From the NCBI GenBank assembly GCA_024137785.1, contig JAHRHZ010000085.1, positions 14,360,609-14,424,608 of the forward strand: a DNA stretch of 64,000 bases, read 5' to 3'. Both the position numbers and the translations under genes were made by a program. The stretch is from Ginglymostoma cirratum. Lineage: Eukaryota. The notes beneath the pieces are model-generated. The model worked only from the letters and a program-made list of their open reading frames with translations, was not told where the DNA came from and did no database searches. Positions 26,030-38,569 of this stretch are shown here, piece by piece (the stretch's first letter is position 1; each line of letters starts with the position of its first letter).

Positions 26030-27270
26030 ACTTGGAAACATATGCAATAAGGTTTGGCAAAATGAACTAATTAGTAAAGTTAGATCACATAGGATTTATG
26101 GTGACCTTGCCAATTGGATACAAAATTGGCTTTTGGATAGGAGCCAAATGGTGGTGGTGGAGGGTTGTTTTTCAGACTGAAGATATGTGACCAGTGGTGT
26201 TCCACAGGGATCCGCACTGAGTCCACTTTTGTTTGTCATTTATATAAATGATTTAGATGAGAATGTGGAAGGCATGGCTAGTATATTTGCAGTTGACACC
26301 AAAATTTGTAGTACAGTGGACAGTCAAGAAGGCTATTTAAGATAACAAAGACATATTGATCAACTCAGCCAATGGGCTGAGGAGTTGCAGATGGAGTTTA
26401 ATTTGGATAAATGCGACGTTGGTATTGCATTTTGGTAAAAGAAACAAAGGAAGGTCTTATACAATTAATGGTAGGGCCTTGGGTAATGTTTTAGAACAGA
26501 GAGACTTAGGAGTTCGGGTATGTAATTCTTTGCAATTGTGTCACGGGTAGACAGGGTCATTAAGAAGGTGTTTAGCATGCCTGCCTTCATTGCACAGGCA
26601 TTTGATTTTAGGATAACAAAATGTAGAGCTGGAGAAACACAGCAGGCCAAGCAGCATCAGAGGAGCAGGAAAGCTGACGTTTCGGGTCAGGACCCGTGTT
26701 GAGGTTGTACAGGACATTAATGAGGCCTCCTCTGGAGTTCTGTGTGCAGTTCTGGTCGCCCTGTTATAGGAGGGATGTGATTAAACTGGGAGGGTTCAGA
26801 AAAGATTTATGAGGAGGTTGCTGGGAATGGAGAGTTTGAGATATAAAAATAGGCTTGAAAGACTGGGACTTTTTTTCTGGACCTTAGAAGGTTGAGGGGT
26901 GACCTTATTGAGGTTTATAAAATCATGCGGGGCATATATAAGGTGAATGATAAGGGTCTTTTCCCTAGGGTGGGGGAGTTCAAATCTAGAGGGCATATTT
27001 TTAAGATGAGTGGAGAAAGATTTAAACAGGGCATGGGGGCAACTTTTTTACACAGAAGGTGGTTTGTGTGTGGAATGAGCTGCCAGAGGAAGTGGTAGAT
27101 GCAGGTATGGTTACAATGTTTAAAAGACATTTACAGAAGTACGTGAATAGGAAAGGTTTAGAGGAATGTGGGCCAAACATAAGCAGGTGCGGCTAGTTTA
27201 GTTCGGGAGCAAGGTTGGTGTGAACTGTTTGGACCAAAGAGTCTGTTTCCATGCTGTATGACTATGACTC
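26030..27270 (+). mobile_element. CR1 LINE 3' portion with Penelope-end insertion (~26610-26695)
   Basis: SGVPQGS, YINDLD, RGDLIEVYKIMRG; (ctatga)n-type tail. Confidence 0.9.
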
Positions 27271-28816
27271 TAAGAGCAGAAGTAGGCCATTCAGCCCCTC
27301 AAGCCTGGTCTGCCAATCATGATTATCACAGCTGATCAGTTTGTGTTTTGAATTCTACATTTCTTTTTACTCCCTTGATTTCCCATGGCCTGACGAGAAT
27401 CTGTTGCATTGGTGCTAACAATATTCAATGGCCCCACCTATCCCATCTTCCGAGGCAGAGAGAAAGAAGTCTCTGGGCACTCCCTGTTGTCAGCTAAGCA
27501 GATCTGAAGGGATGCCTGAGACCTAATGGAACAAAGAAATAATTGACCGATCTAGATATTTTGAATCAACCTGTTCAGGCACACCTCTGGAGCAAGTGGG
27601 ACTTGAATGCAGACCTCCTGGTCCAGAAGGAGGGACACTACCTCTGTACTGTAAGTGCCCCTCAGCTAATAAGTACATTAGTTAAGGGTTAATTGGGTGT
27701 GAGTTGGTTGACTAACTATGAGAATTTGTAATCAGTGGGGTGAGAGGTTATTGGATTATGGCTAATTGGAATAAAACTCTCACTAAAAGTGTGGTCTCAA
27801 ATTCTACTTAAATACAGTAATCTTCTTGTGTATAAGATTAGTTGCCATCGTGGCTGTGGAGTACCAGTGCTGAAAGGGATGTGCAGGTTCTCTTGGCCAA
27901 AATCCTGCAATGGAAGCCACCAACAAAAAATAGACTAGCCATAACACATTTTATAGTGCAAATAAAGAGCTACACGCCCTGGTATATCTCTTCATTGCCT
28001 GTCCTGCTGATGGCTTTGCCTGGCTTGAGCCTCCTCTTCCACTGTCACCACAATAGCTGCTGAATTTCACTTAGATGTCTTTCTGAGCAGCTTTGGGCCT
28101 ATAGGTTGTGATTTTGGACTGTATCACCTCAGCATTGGCTACAGCAGTCTGGTCTGGCTGGCTGAGAGGCTGCAGCAGGAGCATTGTTGGAGCTGCTGGG
28201 ATGGGAGATCAGACACAGTCAATCTTACAAACATCAAAATGTTAGTGTATCACAGAATGACTGGCATTTCCACGGAGTGACACCTCAGTGATTTTGATGT
28301 CTGCTGAAGGACACATGCTGAACTCCCCTTTGAGCACTGATATCTGCAGTCATGTTAACATAAATATCCAGAAACAACAATCTAATAATAACCAAATGTG
28401 CTGAATTTGGTGATACGGAGGCATAAATATTAGCCAGAAAACTAAAGGAAACTCACTGTATTTTCATATATAGTGGTAGGGAGTATAACTATTTTTTTTC
28501 ATTTATTCATGGGTTGTGGGCATCACTGATCTGGTCAGTATTTCTTGCCCATCCCTGGTTGCCCTTGAGAAGGTCACAAGCTGTCTTTTTGAACCATTGC
28601 AGTCCATTGCTGTTAGAAGAGGGAGTTCCAGGATTTTGACCCAGCGACAGTGAAGGAACGGTGATGCATTTCCATGTAGAGATGGTGAGCTGCTTGGAGG
28701 CGATGTTTCAGATAGTGATATTAACGTGTATCTACTGCCTTTGTCTTTCTAGATGGAAGCCGTCATGGGTTTGGAAGGTGCTGTCTAAGGATCTTTGGTG
28801 AATTTGTACAGTGAAT

Positions 28817-29892
28817 TGTAAAGACTGTGTCTGTTATTTTTTCAGTATTTTTAATTGTGGACTAAAATTGGAAAAGCTCCGTGTTGAAGGATTACTGTAT
28901 ATTTTTGAAGCAAGTAACTTAGCACTCATTGTGAGAACTATTTACACAACTGCTGGTTCAAGCAGCAGCAGGAGAAGGTGCAGACCAGTTGAGGATAAGC
29001 GGTGTGTAAGAATTGAGATGGAATTGAGCCGATAACAAGTAGTTGATTGTTCTGTGGACAAGTAACCAGTTATTTATATTAAAGGCCTTCTTCCTGCCAA
29101 CAACAATGTGATTAGTTCTAAGGAACAAAAACAAAGTTTCTGGAAAAGCTCAGCAGGTCTGTGAAGGAAAAAAACAGAGTTAACGTTTCAGGTTCGGTGA
29201 CCCTTCCTCAGTTCTCTGATCAGTTCTCAGGTGGTTGAACAGCGTGGGACCATGAGCAAGATACAGAGAAATCACCAGATCTCCACCAACCCAAAATCTC
29301 TCTCTGTCCTCTGCAGCAAAACCCACTTTAAGCCTGAAGAAAACTGACTTATTTTATCTTCAGCAGTTGCTATAGGCTGTCACTTGTAATTAATGTATTA
29401 GGGAACATCTATAAGTATGAACCATCCAATCTGTGCCTTCTGTAAAGGAGTGGAAGTATCCGGAGGAGGAAGACTGAGAAGCAGTATTCTCATCCGCACA
29501 AGGATCATCTCAGCAATCTTGAGAATAGGAAACACTGAGCTGCCTTCCTTGTCTTTCTCTCCACCTATAACACCCAGGTTTGTTTTCCCTTGTTTGTGTC
29601 AGTGTGTGTGTATGTTTATAAGGGAGAGTTAATAAAGAGATTAGTGTTTTAACGCATGGAGTTATATGCTGATGGTTCATCATTGTTTACCTGCAGCTAG
29701 AGTCTATTTATTGGTAATAAGTAATAATTCTTGTAAAGTACAGAAACCTAAACCATGCTTTATGCCAACCTGGGTCTAAAAGACAGGTACACTGCAGAAT
29801 TCAGTGTACTTTTTAAAAATCTCTCCACTTTCTGATAACCCCTGGAATAGGGGGGCACGATTTCCAGTCAACTATCCCAGTGAGGTGTGGCA
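28817..29892. mobile_element. Probable solo LTR (ERV-type) inserted into an older LINE-tail repeat
   Basis: TG...CA termini, near-TSD gaat/gcat; host repeat (28495-28816) resumes at 29893; AATAAA at 29631. Confidence 0.6.
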
Positions 29893-30649
29893 GCATCTTG
29901 TAGCTGGCACACACTGCTGCTACTGAGTGTCAGTAGTGGAGGGAATGGATGCTTGTGGATGTAGTGACAATCAAGTGTCCACTCTCTCCACCATGCTGAC
30001 ATCTTTGTTTAACACCAGAATCTGCTGATTTGTCTTGATTTTTGTTTCAGTCTTTTTTTCCTGCAGTTTTCTTCCAAGACAAAGAAGAACAGAAACTGAC
30101 CTTTACTCATATCCCATTGCCAGCATTTTGCTCCCTCCCAGTGCAGTTATTACATTGTCGTTGGGTTAAGTTCACAAAATTAACGTGAGCCCAGTATGAA
30201 CTGAGCAGCTTCATATCGCTTTGAAATTTGAACAATTTGACTCTTTTCATGCCAGGTCTGATTTTGATGTCCTTGGACAGGCTGGAGTTTGTCTGAGAAG
30301 GGTGGGCCATAATTTAAATTTAATATTGAGGTGGAGGACATTTCACTGGGAGTCTGTCAGTCATTAACTTTTTAAGGATTTACTGTCTCATCTAAAGGAC
30401 ACAGCTCCAAGCCACCAGACTTGGCATTATGTACTTAATGCCCAGAGTAAGGCTTGAACTCACAACCATTTGGGGGGCTCAGAGGCAAGAACATGACTCA
30501 CTGAGCTATGGCTGTTACTAGTCAGCTATCTAATCCATTTTCCAATCTGTCACATGTTGCCTGTTTAATTGGCTCCACATTTTGATTACCAATCACAGCC
30601 TGAGATCAGGAGCTGGGAAGATGGGTTATCCTTCAAGACCGTAACAACA

Positions 30650-31190
30650 CAAGGCAGAGGTAAGCCATTCAGCCCATCAAGTCTGCTCCGCTATTCAATG
30701 AGGTCATGGCTGATCTAACTATCCTCAACTCCACTTTCTTGTTTTTTCCATATAACCCTTGATTCTCCTACTGATTGAAAATCTATCTATCTCAGCCTTC
30801 AATACGCATAATTATCCAGCCTCAACAGCCACCTGCAGTGAAGAATTCCACAGATTCACTATTGTCTGAGAGAAGAAATTCTTCCTCATCTCTGGGTTAA
30901 ATGAGTGACCCCTTACTTTGAGAGTATGCCCTCTGCTCCTAAACTGTTCTGCAAGGGGAAACGACCTTTCCACATCTAACCTGTCAAGTCCCCTTAGAAT
31001 GTTGGATTTCTCAATAATGCTGCCTTTCATTGTTCTAATCTACAATGAGTACAGTCCAAACCTACTCAACCTCTACTCATGCAACAATCACTTAATGGTC
31101 AGGATATAAATTAGTGAGCCTTCTTTGGACTACCTCCAATTCTAGTGTATCTTTCCTTAGGTAAGGTGTCCAATATTGCAGTGCTGGGGC
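30650..31190 (-). mobile_element. CR1 LINE 3' end
   Basis: ILRGLDRLDVERSFPL...RKNFFSQTIVNLWNS. Confidence 0.85.
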
Positions 31191-31329
31191 AGCACATTGA
31201 GTGATACAGTCAGGTAAGAACACATAGTCCAGTGTTACTCATTTTCTTAAGGACACTGAACCAGTTAAACCATTGAGAGGGTGAATATGACTAGTTATAC
31301 AAACCATTTCCTTTGAATCCGACAGAGTG

Positions 31330-31604
31330 TGTGAACTTTGCTTCATGTACGAGTGTTTGTTCATTATTTATATCAGAGCAAAGTTCATGAATTTGAGACA
31401 GACTAGACTGAATATTTGGTCACGACCTGTCCACCTTTGAGTTGCTGTCTTGATGGAACAAGAAGGCTAGAGTTGAAGAATTTAAGTTACCCTGCTGTCT
31501 TTATCCTGAACTGAAACTCACTCTCAGCTACATTCCCAACACTGTGAATTCATTGCACTTTTAAAATAGTTTTCTTATAATAAAGATGTTCTGCCCTCTG
31601 TTGG
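31330..31604 (-). promoter_or_regulatory. Conserved promoter-like block, copy A (TATA, HNF4-type DR1, CTCF-like)
   Basis: TATAAATA (minus) 31365-31372; AGAGCAAAGTTCA 31375-31387; CCAACAGAGGGCAG (minus) 31591-31604; all three identical in copy B. Confidence 0.45.
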
Positions 31605-32869
31605 TGTCTGGGACAGCATGGGAGTTCCTGAATTCATAAACATTATTATAAGTTCACGATGTATACCCTTCTATAATAGGTTAAACTGAGGAGGATGAGC
31701 CATTGGAAGTGTGCACATAGGAATGGAATGCAAAATGATATTGATTTGCATAAAATAAACACACTAAACTATGAACGCTATGAAATGCATAGACCTGACA
31801 GGCATCCACAAACAATAGGAGTGTTCTCTTCATACCTAAACTAAATTTTTGACATGGCATTCCAAAACCAATCCCATTGTCCCACAGTACCAACACATGA
31901 AAACAAACTTTTGCCTTGAGCTGAGGAATCTTTGAGTAAACAGAATGCGTATGAGCACTTACGGAACACTGTTTTACAGGTGGAGTACAGAAGCAGTTTA
32001 TTTTTCTGGATTGGACAGTCACGGGTCTGGACTAACAATCTACACATGAGTTCAAATCCCAACATGGCATCCGGGGAATATGAATGTAATTAACTCAGTA
32101 AATTCAGAATAAAATACTTGTAACAGAATGAAGCCACTGAATTGTCATAAAAACCTGTCCTTTTTTTATTCATTCGTGTGTGAGGGCATGGCTGGCTAGG
32201 CGACATTTAATGCCCATCCTAATTGCCCAGAGGGCAGTTCAGAGTTAACCATATTGCTGTGGGTCTGGAGTCACATGTAGGCCAGACCAGGTAAGGATGG
32301 CAGTTACCTTCCCTAAAGGACATTAGTGAACCAGATGGGTTTTTCTATCAACTGGCAATGGATTCATGGTCATCATTAGACTCTCAGTTCCAGATGCTCT
32401 TGCTCATTGATGATATTTAGGGAAGCACATCTTAGCACTTCCCCTCAACACAACAATGCAGTTGATTTCTCTCTGCCCTCAGAAGTTGTCGAACAACAAC
32501 TCAGTTATATTCAAGAAGGTAGCTCAACTTGTCCACAGCAATAAAATCCTGGTCTTACTGGTGATGACAAAGGCTCCCACTGTATGAGTAAAAAATTTAG
32601 TCACTTCGTAAAGGATTGGGAAGTTCAATATCACATATTATCTCTATATTAGTCAAATGGAATAAGCTGCGAAACCAGTGAAAAAAATTAAAGAAATTAT
32701 GCAAATCCAACACAGATGTACGCAAGGCAATCCTAGAGTTAAAGAAACACACCTCTTGAAAATGTTGAAAGCAGTCCAGTACAAAGCCTAATATCACACT
32801 CCACATAAAATGCACTTTCAATATTGGAAAGGTTACTGAATCTAGAAATTCTAATGGTTATGAGTGACA

Positions 32870-34150
32870 AAGTCAAGACGAAATGGACGAAAGTTAAATT
32901 GCCTTTGTCAAGACTCCCAGACCACAGTCAGAGTTGAGAATTGACAAACCAATCGGGGTAAAAGCCTTCAACACTTTTAACAGGAGTCAGCCCACATGAT
33001 AACTGGGGACTTGCTGTAACAGCCTCCTGGCTGCTAAAACACAGATAATTTGCCAACTTGGCCAAACAGCAAGGGATGCTGGGTACATTGGCCAAGAGAA
33101 ACTCTGAAATCACAAAACCCACACACCAAGACACAGCAGCCAGGTGATAATGATATTAGCATAATGTAAAAATCAACAGTGTCGTAGACACACATAGACA
33201 CCCGAACAACTTATGCACTAAACAAAGGGCGGCCCAGACAGAAAGGCACCAGGCCCTACTGCACAAAGAAACTGACAGTAGCATGATATCCAAATGATTG
33301 ACTCTTGTTTCAAACTATTAAGTGTATCTCCCTGATTGGTCAGAACTATAGAAAGTTCCAGAAAACGATCTAAAAGGTATAAGAACAGAGTTCAATCGCA
33401 GAGGGCCCTCTTGGAACCTTCTTGGAACCATCTGAGGCATTTTGAGGAGACCAGCATGGCAAGAGGTAGAGACCAGCTGACCATCCAAAGAGAGGGAGGA
33501 AGAAAGCAACCTGGCAGACCCAGAGACAGAGCCACAGAGAGAGCAACTGTGTAAATTTACAAGAGACTTGAGAAATGTTGAAACCGTAAGCGGCCATATA
33601 GGATCAGGGATTTTATGTTTAGTATTAAAAATGATTTTGTTCCTAATAAAGTGGGAATATTTTGCTTTGCTACCGGCTTGTATTCGTATTAGTTGGACTG
33701 CTTTGGTATTGTGGGACACCTGGGCAAATTCATTCATAACATTCTGGTCATAGTTGTCTGCAACTTGTTTGAAGAGGAACCAGACAACACTGCATAGAGC
33801 ATTTGTCACCTCAATCGAATGCGATGGACATAAGCAACCAGATATACCGTTATAACCACAGACACATCTGCACAACTGCACAAGCTGTTCCTTCGCTGCA
33901 GGTGGCTGATCAGGAAGATGTGAGCTCACTATCTGTGCAGGCTCCAAATTGACCACCAATCTGAGAGGGCCCCAACTCCTCAACAACACAACGAGACAAC
34001 AGCAAATACCATGGCAACATGAGGGTGACACTCCATGGAGAAAGAACATCACCCAAATGAACAGGCAATGCCGACAGGCACACATAGTATTATCAGACAA
34101 ACACAAAATTGTGTGTACAATGTATGTGCAACGAGTGATAAGAAATTGCT
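32870..34150 (+). mobile_element. Possible highly decayed retroviral/LTR integrase C-terminus plus env-like start
   Basis: KWTKVKLPL, TGVSPH..ITG, QPGD, SWNHLRH, then a hydrophobic stretch and NQT..C..ICHL; many stops and frameshifts. Confidence 0.35.
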
Positions 34151-34574
34151 AAAATATGAGAACAGTTGTACAAATAATGAGTAACTTGGGTAACTGACTG
34201 AAAATTATCGCGCTTCCAAATTCATTTTAAGTCAAAAAGGCGATGTTGGAATGGAAATGCAGTTCTATATGAATGTGCTTTTGGGCTTATCACGGTCACA
34301 TGATCTCTGCTCAGGAGGGACTCACAGCAGACAGCCATCTCACAAGCAGTTTGAATAAACAGAGGGCACGAACAAAATTACTCCCTTCAACATAAAACAT
34401 GACCCTACTCGGATCCTTATCATTTTTCAGATTCAGATATCAAACTAGTCAGATGTATACGAGAGGAGATTAGGAACATAGAGAGTGATCTTGGAATTTT
34501 AATTCCAATTAGTCAGGCTGCCCAGTGTTTCCAGAGATTTCTACAGGGAGTCTCAACCAACTAATCCCAGGCCA

Positions 34575-34853
34575 GAGATAAAAGGTACTGCAGACGCTGG
34601 AGAATCCGAGATAACAAGGTGTGGAGCTGGATGAACACAACAGGCCAAGCAGCATCATAGGAGCAGGAAAGCTTGACGTTTCGGGCATAGACCCTTCATC
34701 AGAAATGGGGGAGGGGAAGAGGGTTCTGAAATAAATAGAGAGTTCCCCTCCCCCATTTCTGATGAAGGGTCTAGGCCCGAAACGTCAAGCTTTCCTGCTC
34801 CTATGATGCTGTTTGGCCTGCTGTGTTCGTCCAGCTCCACACCTTGTTATCTC
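34575..34853. mobile_element. Penelope terminal-repeat hairpin (111-bp arms) with aggcca TSD
   Basis: Arms 34608-34718 and 34743-34853, four mismatches, 24-nt loop; aggcca at 34569-34574 and 34854-34859. Confidence 0.9.
34759..34786 (+). ncRNA. Minimal type I hammerhead ribozyme core in Penelope terminal repeat
   Basis: CTGATGA-a-gggtctaggccc (stem II)-GAAA-cg-TC with palindromic ACGT helix III; recurs at 13825-13852 and, as CTGAAGA/CTGAGGA variants, in most other copies. Confidence 0.65.
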
Positions 34854-35069
34854 AGGCCAGAACATACAAACCATAAGCCTATGATGGAAATGTACTTATC
34901 TGGGAAATTCACTCCTGATCTGGAAACAAGACTGAACCTTTGTGCAGAGTGGATGACTGTTTGAGTGAGTCATGTCAGCATCCACAGAGAGTAGAAGGAG
35001 TATTTCTGTGTTCATACAGTTCTCACTCCAAATCTTAAACAGGGCAGTGTAGGAGCTTCTGAAAACACA

Positions 35070-36600
35070 GAGCAGGTAGGCACCAGGGTTACATCCAAAG
35101 CTGTGCACCAATCCCGTCCCCACCAATGTGATGTCCTCCTGCAGGTCCCACTAACCCTTTCAGGGTCAGTGTTGGAAGGAACTGTGAGGCACAATAACAG
35201 ACCAAGGAATTCAACAACAATCTGTATAGTTATCCATGGAACAGTGCACAGACAGAGGTTCATAAAATACTTCACAAAGAATGTTCTCCTCCTTGCATTA
35301 CAAAACCTCCATTGTATCAAACCACATATTTGTATTCAGAAACTTGCAAAAAGCATAAAAATACACAATTACCGCTAACATTCCACACACAACATACAGT
35401 GCTGTTCAGAAATAGGAACCGCCGATGCTGGAGGCAGAGACAACACAGTGTGGAGCTGGAGGAGCACAGCAGGCCAGGCAGCATCAGAGGAGCAGGAAAG
35501 TTAATGTTTCGGGTCGGGACCCTTCTTTACCCGAAATATCAACTTTCCTGTTCCTCTGATGCTGCCTGGCATGCAGTGCTGTTCAGTATCTTTCAGGAAT
35601 ACTAGGTTAATGACAATATATTAAAACCAGAAGGTTTACAATTCACATTCTACTTTGTCAACCTGGACTTAAATGGTAAAAATGCACAGGTTAAAAACAT
35701 GAATAAAATAATATCAACTCCTTACCTGTGGGTTGCGGGTCTTGGACGTTTATGAACTGACGGACAATGTAGGGTTTTATATGTGCTAGAAATTTGCCTA
35801 TGCAGTTACTTTTGCATTGACAAGCAGCTTTATTGATTTCCTGGAACAATGGGAGCTGGGTTTGTGTGCATCAGCCTCATTTAAATGAAAATATGGAAAA
35901 AGTGGCATTTTTATTCAATTTCTGATCTGGGCGAAGACCAACATGAAATGTTGCCTGCTGATGGATGGGATGGTGGCTCAATGATTAGCACTGCTGCCTC
36001 ACAGCGCCAGGGACCCGGATTTGATTCCAGACTTGGGCGACTGTGTGGAGTTTGCACATTCTCTCCACTGGATTTCTGCTGGGTGCTCCAGTTTCCTCCT
36101 ACAGTCTAAAAGTGAGCAGGTTAGGTGGATTGCCATTGCTAAAAATTGCCCCGTGGTGTCCAGGGATGTGCAGGTTTGTTGATTTAGCCATGGTAAAAGC
36201 TGATGCAGGGGTTAGGGGGTGGTGTGATAGTCTTTGGAAAGTCAATGCAGATTCAAGGGGGCCATATGGCCTCTTTCTACACTGTAGGGATTCTATAATA
36301 TGAGGAAATGTCGGGTCAGGTGAATCCCAATATGTCAAAGGCAGTACCATCTTCTGATGTTATTGAACACTGAGGTAACTGATGAAGTGAGCCATACTTG
36401 GGCCAAACTTCAATGTTGTGGCAGTTTCAGAGGAGCATTCCAGTGTTTGTGTGTGTGCGTGTGAGAGAGAATGGTGGTGGGGTGGGGGGGTGTTGTTGGG
36501 GTGGGCGGGGACAGGTGAAGAATTGTACACAGAATTAATGTGGATATAAATCCCCATTAAAAGGATATTTACAAACACAGCCTTCTGACTATTTCTTATG
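35070..36600 (-). pseudogene. Decayed membrane-anchored chemokine-like (CX3CL1-like) relic, copy B
   Basis: Leader-like SQKAVFVNILLMGIYI (~36545-36592); exon 35726-35840 with intact AG and GTAAGG, containing CKSNC (CX3C, 35802-35816); FLGLLLCL 35186-35209; SFQH*P*KG*WDLQEDI 35130-35180; CTALDVTLVP ending 35078. Confidence 0.5.
35968..36297 (+). mobile_element. HE1-type tRNA-derived SINE
   Basis: A-box-like tggctcaatgattag, B-box-like gatttgattcc, CR1-like tail. Confidence 0.85.
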
Positions 36601-37451
36601 TAGCAATCTCCAGTTAAGAAAAGCCTCTTTCTCCTCCACACCACTGACAAACCACAAAGTTCAACTTAATGCTTCCAAAGGCCAGTCTCCACTTTTGACT
36701 ACCCACAAACTGCAACTCTATATCTCCATTGTTATCTCAAGTACATATTGCCTTCAACTATTACTTTCCTGATATCTTAGGCTTTCAAAATGCATAAACT
36801 TGTTGGATATATGAAAAAACATAAAACAATAGTCAAGATATTCAGAGTGCTTTACAGATACGAAATTGCTATTGCTCGTAACTGCTCCTGCTGAGTGATG
36901 TGTTGTCATGCTGCGCTACACTAGTCAGTCTTGTGCCACCAGTACACATCCACTGTAGCTTATCTGCAACTCCTTTGTGATATTTGTCATCCAACTACTC
37001 TGCTGCCCTCCACTTTATCCTCTGATAGAGATCGCTGTAGTTTTTTTAGGTTTGATCCAATGGCCAATATATTGATATTTTCTTTTCTGTTTGTAACATT
37101 CAACATTTTTTTTTTTGCCCCTGTCAATTTCCAGCAGGTTTATCTTATGGTCAGCATAAGGAGTTTTTAGCATACATCTTTGCATTGACATTTCAAAGAC
37201 CTCTATCATCTTCCACAGATCTTACTTATTGCCCTGTTCTCTGTCACATGCAGGAGCGTGTCTGGAATGTCACATCTGGTGAGTTTGAAGTGGATGGTGT
37301 CAGGTGGCAGATGTTATAAGGACAGAGATAGACGGAAGCTATTTTGTGAAGGTGAAAAATGTGAGAATAACAAGGAAATTTAAACATGTAAGAAGGAGAA
37401 GAAAACGCATAACAATTTACAGAATTCCACAACATGTTGCCCAAAGCAACA

Positions 37452-37753
37452 GATGGCTCAGTGGCTCAGTAGTTAGCACTGCTGCCTCACAGTGTGAGGG
37501 ACATGGGTTCAATTCCACCCTCGGGTGACTGTCTGTGTGGAGTTTGCAAATTCTCCCTGTCTCTGTGTGGGTTTCCTCCCACAGTCCAAAGATGTGCAGG
37601 TGAGGTGGATTGGCCATGCTAAACTGCCTGTAGTGTTCAGGAATGTGTAGATTAGGTGGGTTGTAGGGGGATGGGTCCAGGTGGGGTGCTCTGAGGGTTG
37701 GTGTGGACTTGTTGGGCCAAAGGGCCAGTTTCTGTACTGTAGGGGATTCTATG
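37452..37753 (+). mobile_element. HE1-type tRNA-derived SINE
   Basis: tggctcagtagttagcactgctgcctcacag...ggttcaattcc; body shared with the 49291 copy. Confidence 0.88.
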
Positions 37754-38569
37754 AATACATATAATGTGTGGAAAAGGGTATGTTTTCATTAATTCAGTCA
37801 CTGTAAACCAGTGATAATGAGAGTATTACATGTTTTTTTAAAATCCACTCATGGGATGTGGATATCGCCGGCTGGGCCAGCATCTATTACCCATCCCTAG
37901 TTGCCCTTGAGAAGGTGATGGTGAGCTGCCTTCTTGAACCACTGCAGTCCATGTGCTGCAGGTTGACCCATAATGCACTTAGGGAGGGAATTTTACTACT
38001 TTGTCCCAAATTGTCTACATCATTTTTGCAATAGACTTTTTATAGATTATTGTTTAACTTACTGTGGAGGTCAATTAGTTTTTGTAAAATTCTGATATTT
38101 GTCATATATAAAAGACTGATGTCACACTTGAATCTGATTGGCATAAATATGGTCAAGATGGAGGAAAAGCAATTTGTCGGCCTGTTGAGGGTGGTGAGGA
38201 CGAGAGGGGAAGCTAATTATCAACAGCACATTTCCTTCCCCATGTTTGACTTGATGCCATGAGTCTTTATGGGAATTGGAGTCAATGTTGATCATTCCCA
38301 GGGCAAGTCACTGGCACATCGTGTGTAAGGTATGACTCTATGAATATGATCATGTCAGGCAGTTGCTTGACTTAGCTGTGGGACTGCTCTTTCAAATTTG
38401 GCAGAAACCTCCAGCAGGGGGGATTTTGAACAAATTGATTTCACCCTGAACACAACAAGAGAGCTTTCTTCTCAGAAACGAAGATATGAACTGGGCAGCT
38501 TCTTCTAAGCGGGTTTTCTTCCAAATCATCGTATACAGTTATCTCCACCCAGATCTCTCCATAAAGTAC

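Larger units (their letters stand above)
24920..31760. repeat. Copy A of an old tandem duplication (later expanded by TEs)
   Basis: Collinear blocks 24940-25240, 25450-25830 and 31240-31750 match 34940-35250, 35590-35930 plus 36540-36585, and 38920-39690. Confidence 0.85.

Noticed and set aside
33318-34106. Longest ORF in the track (262 aa, minus)
   Set aside because: No recognisable motif; antisense to a probable decayed retroelement.
35145-35260. Plus-strand reading of the conserved duplicate block (VPLTLSGSVLEG...)
   Set aside because: Shares third positions with the minus frame, but neighbouring splice signals and protein resemblance favour the minus strand.
37219-37278. Plus-strand 60-nt AG...GT segment encoding ILLIALFSVTCRSVSGMSHL
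   Set aside because: Good splice sites, but no partner exons found and no counterpart seen in duplicate copy A.
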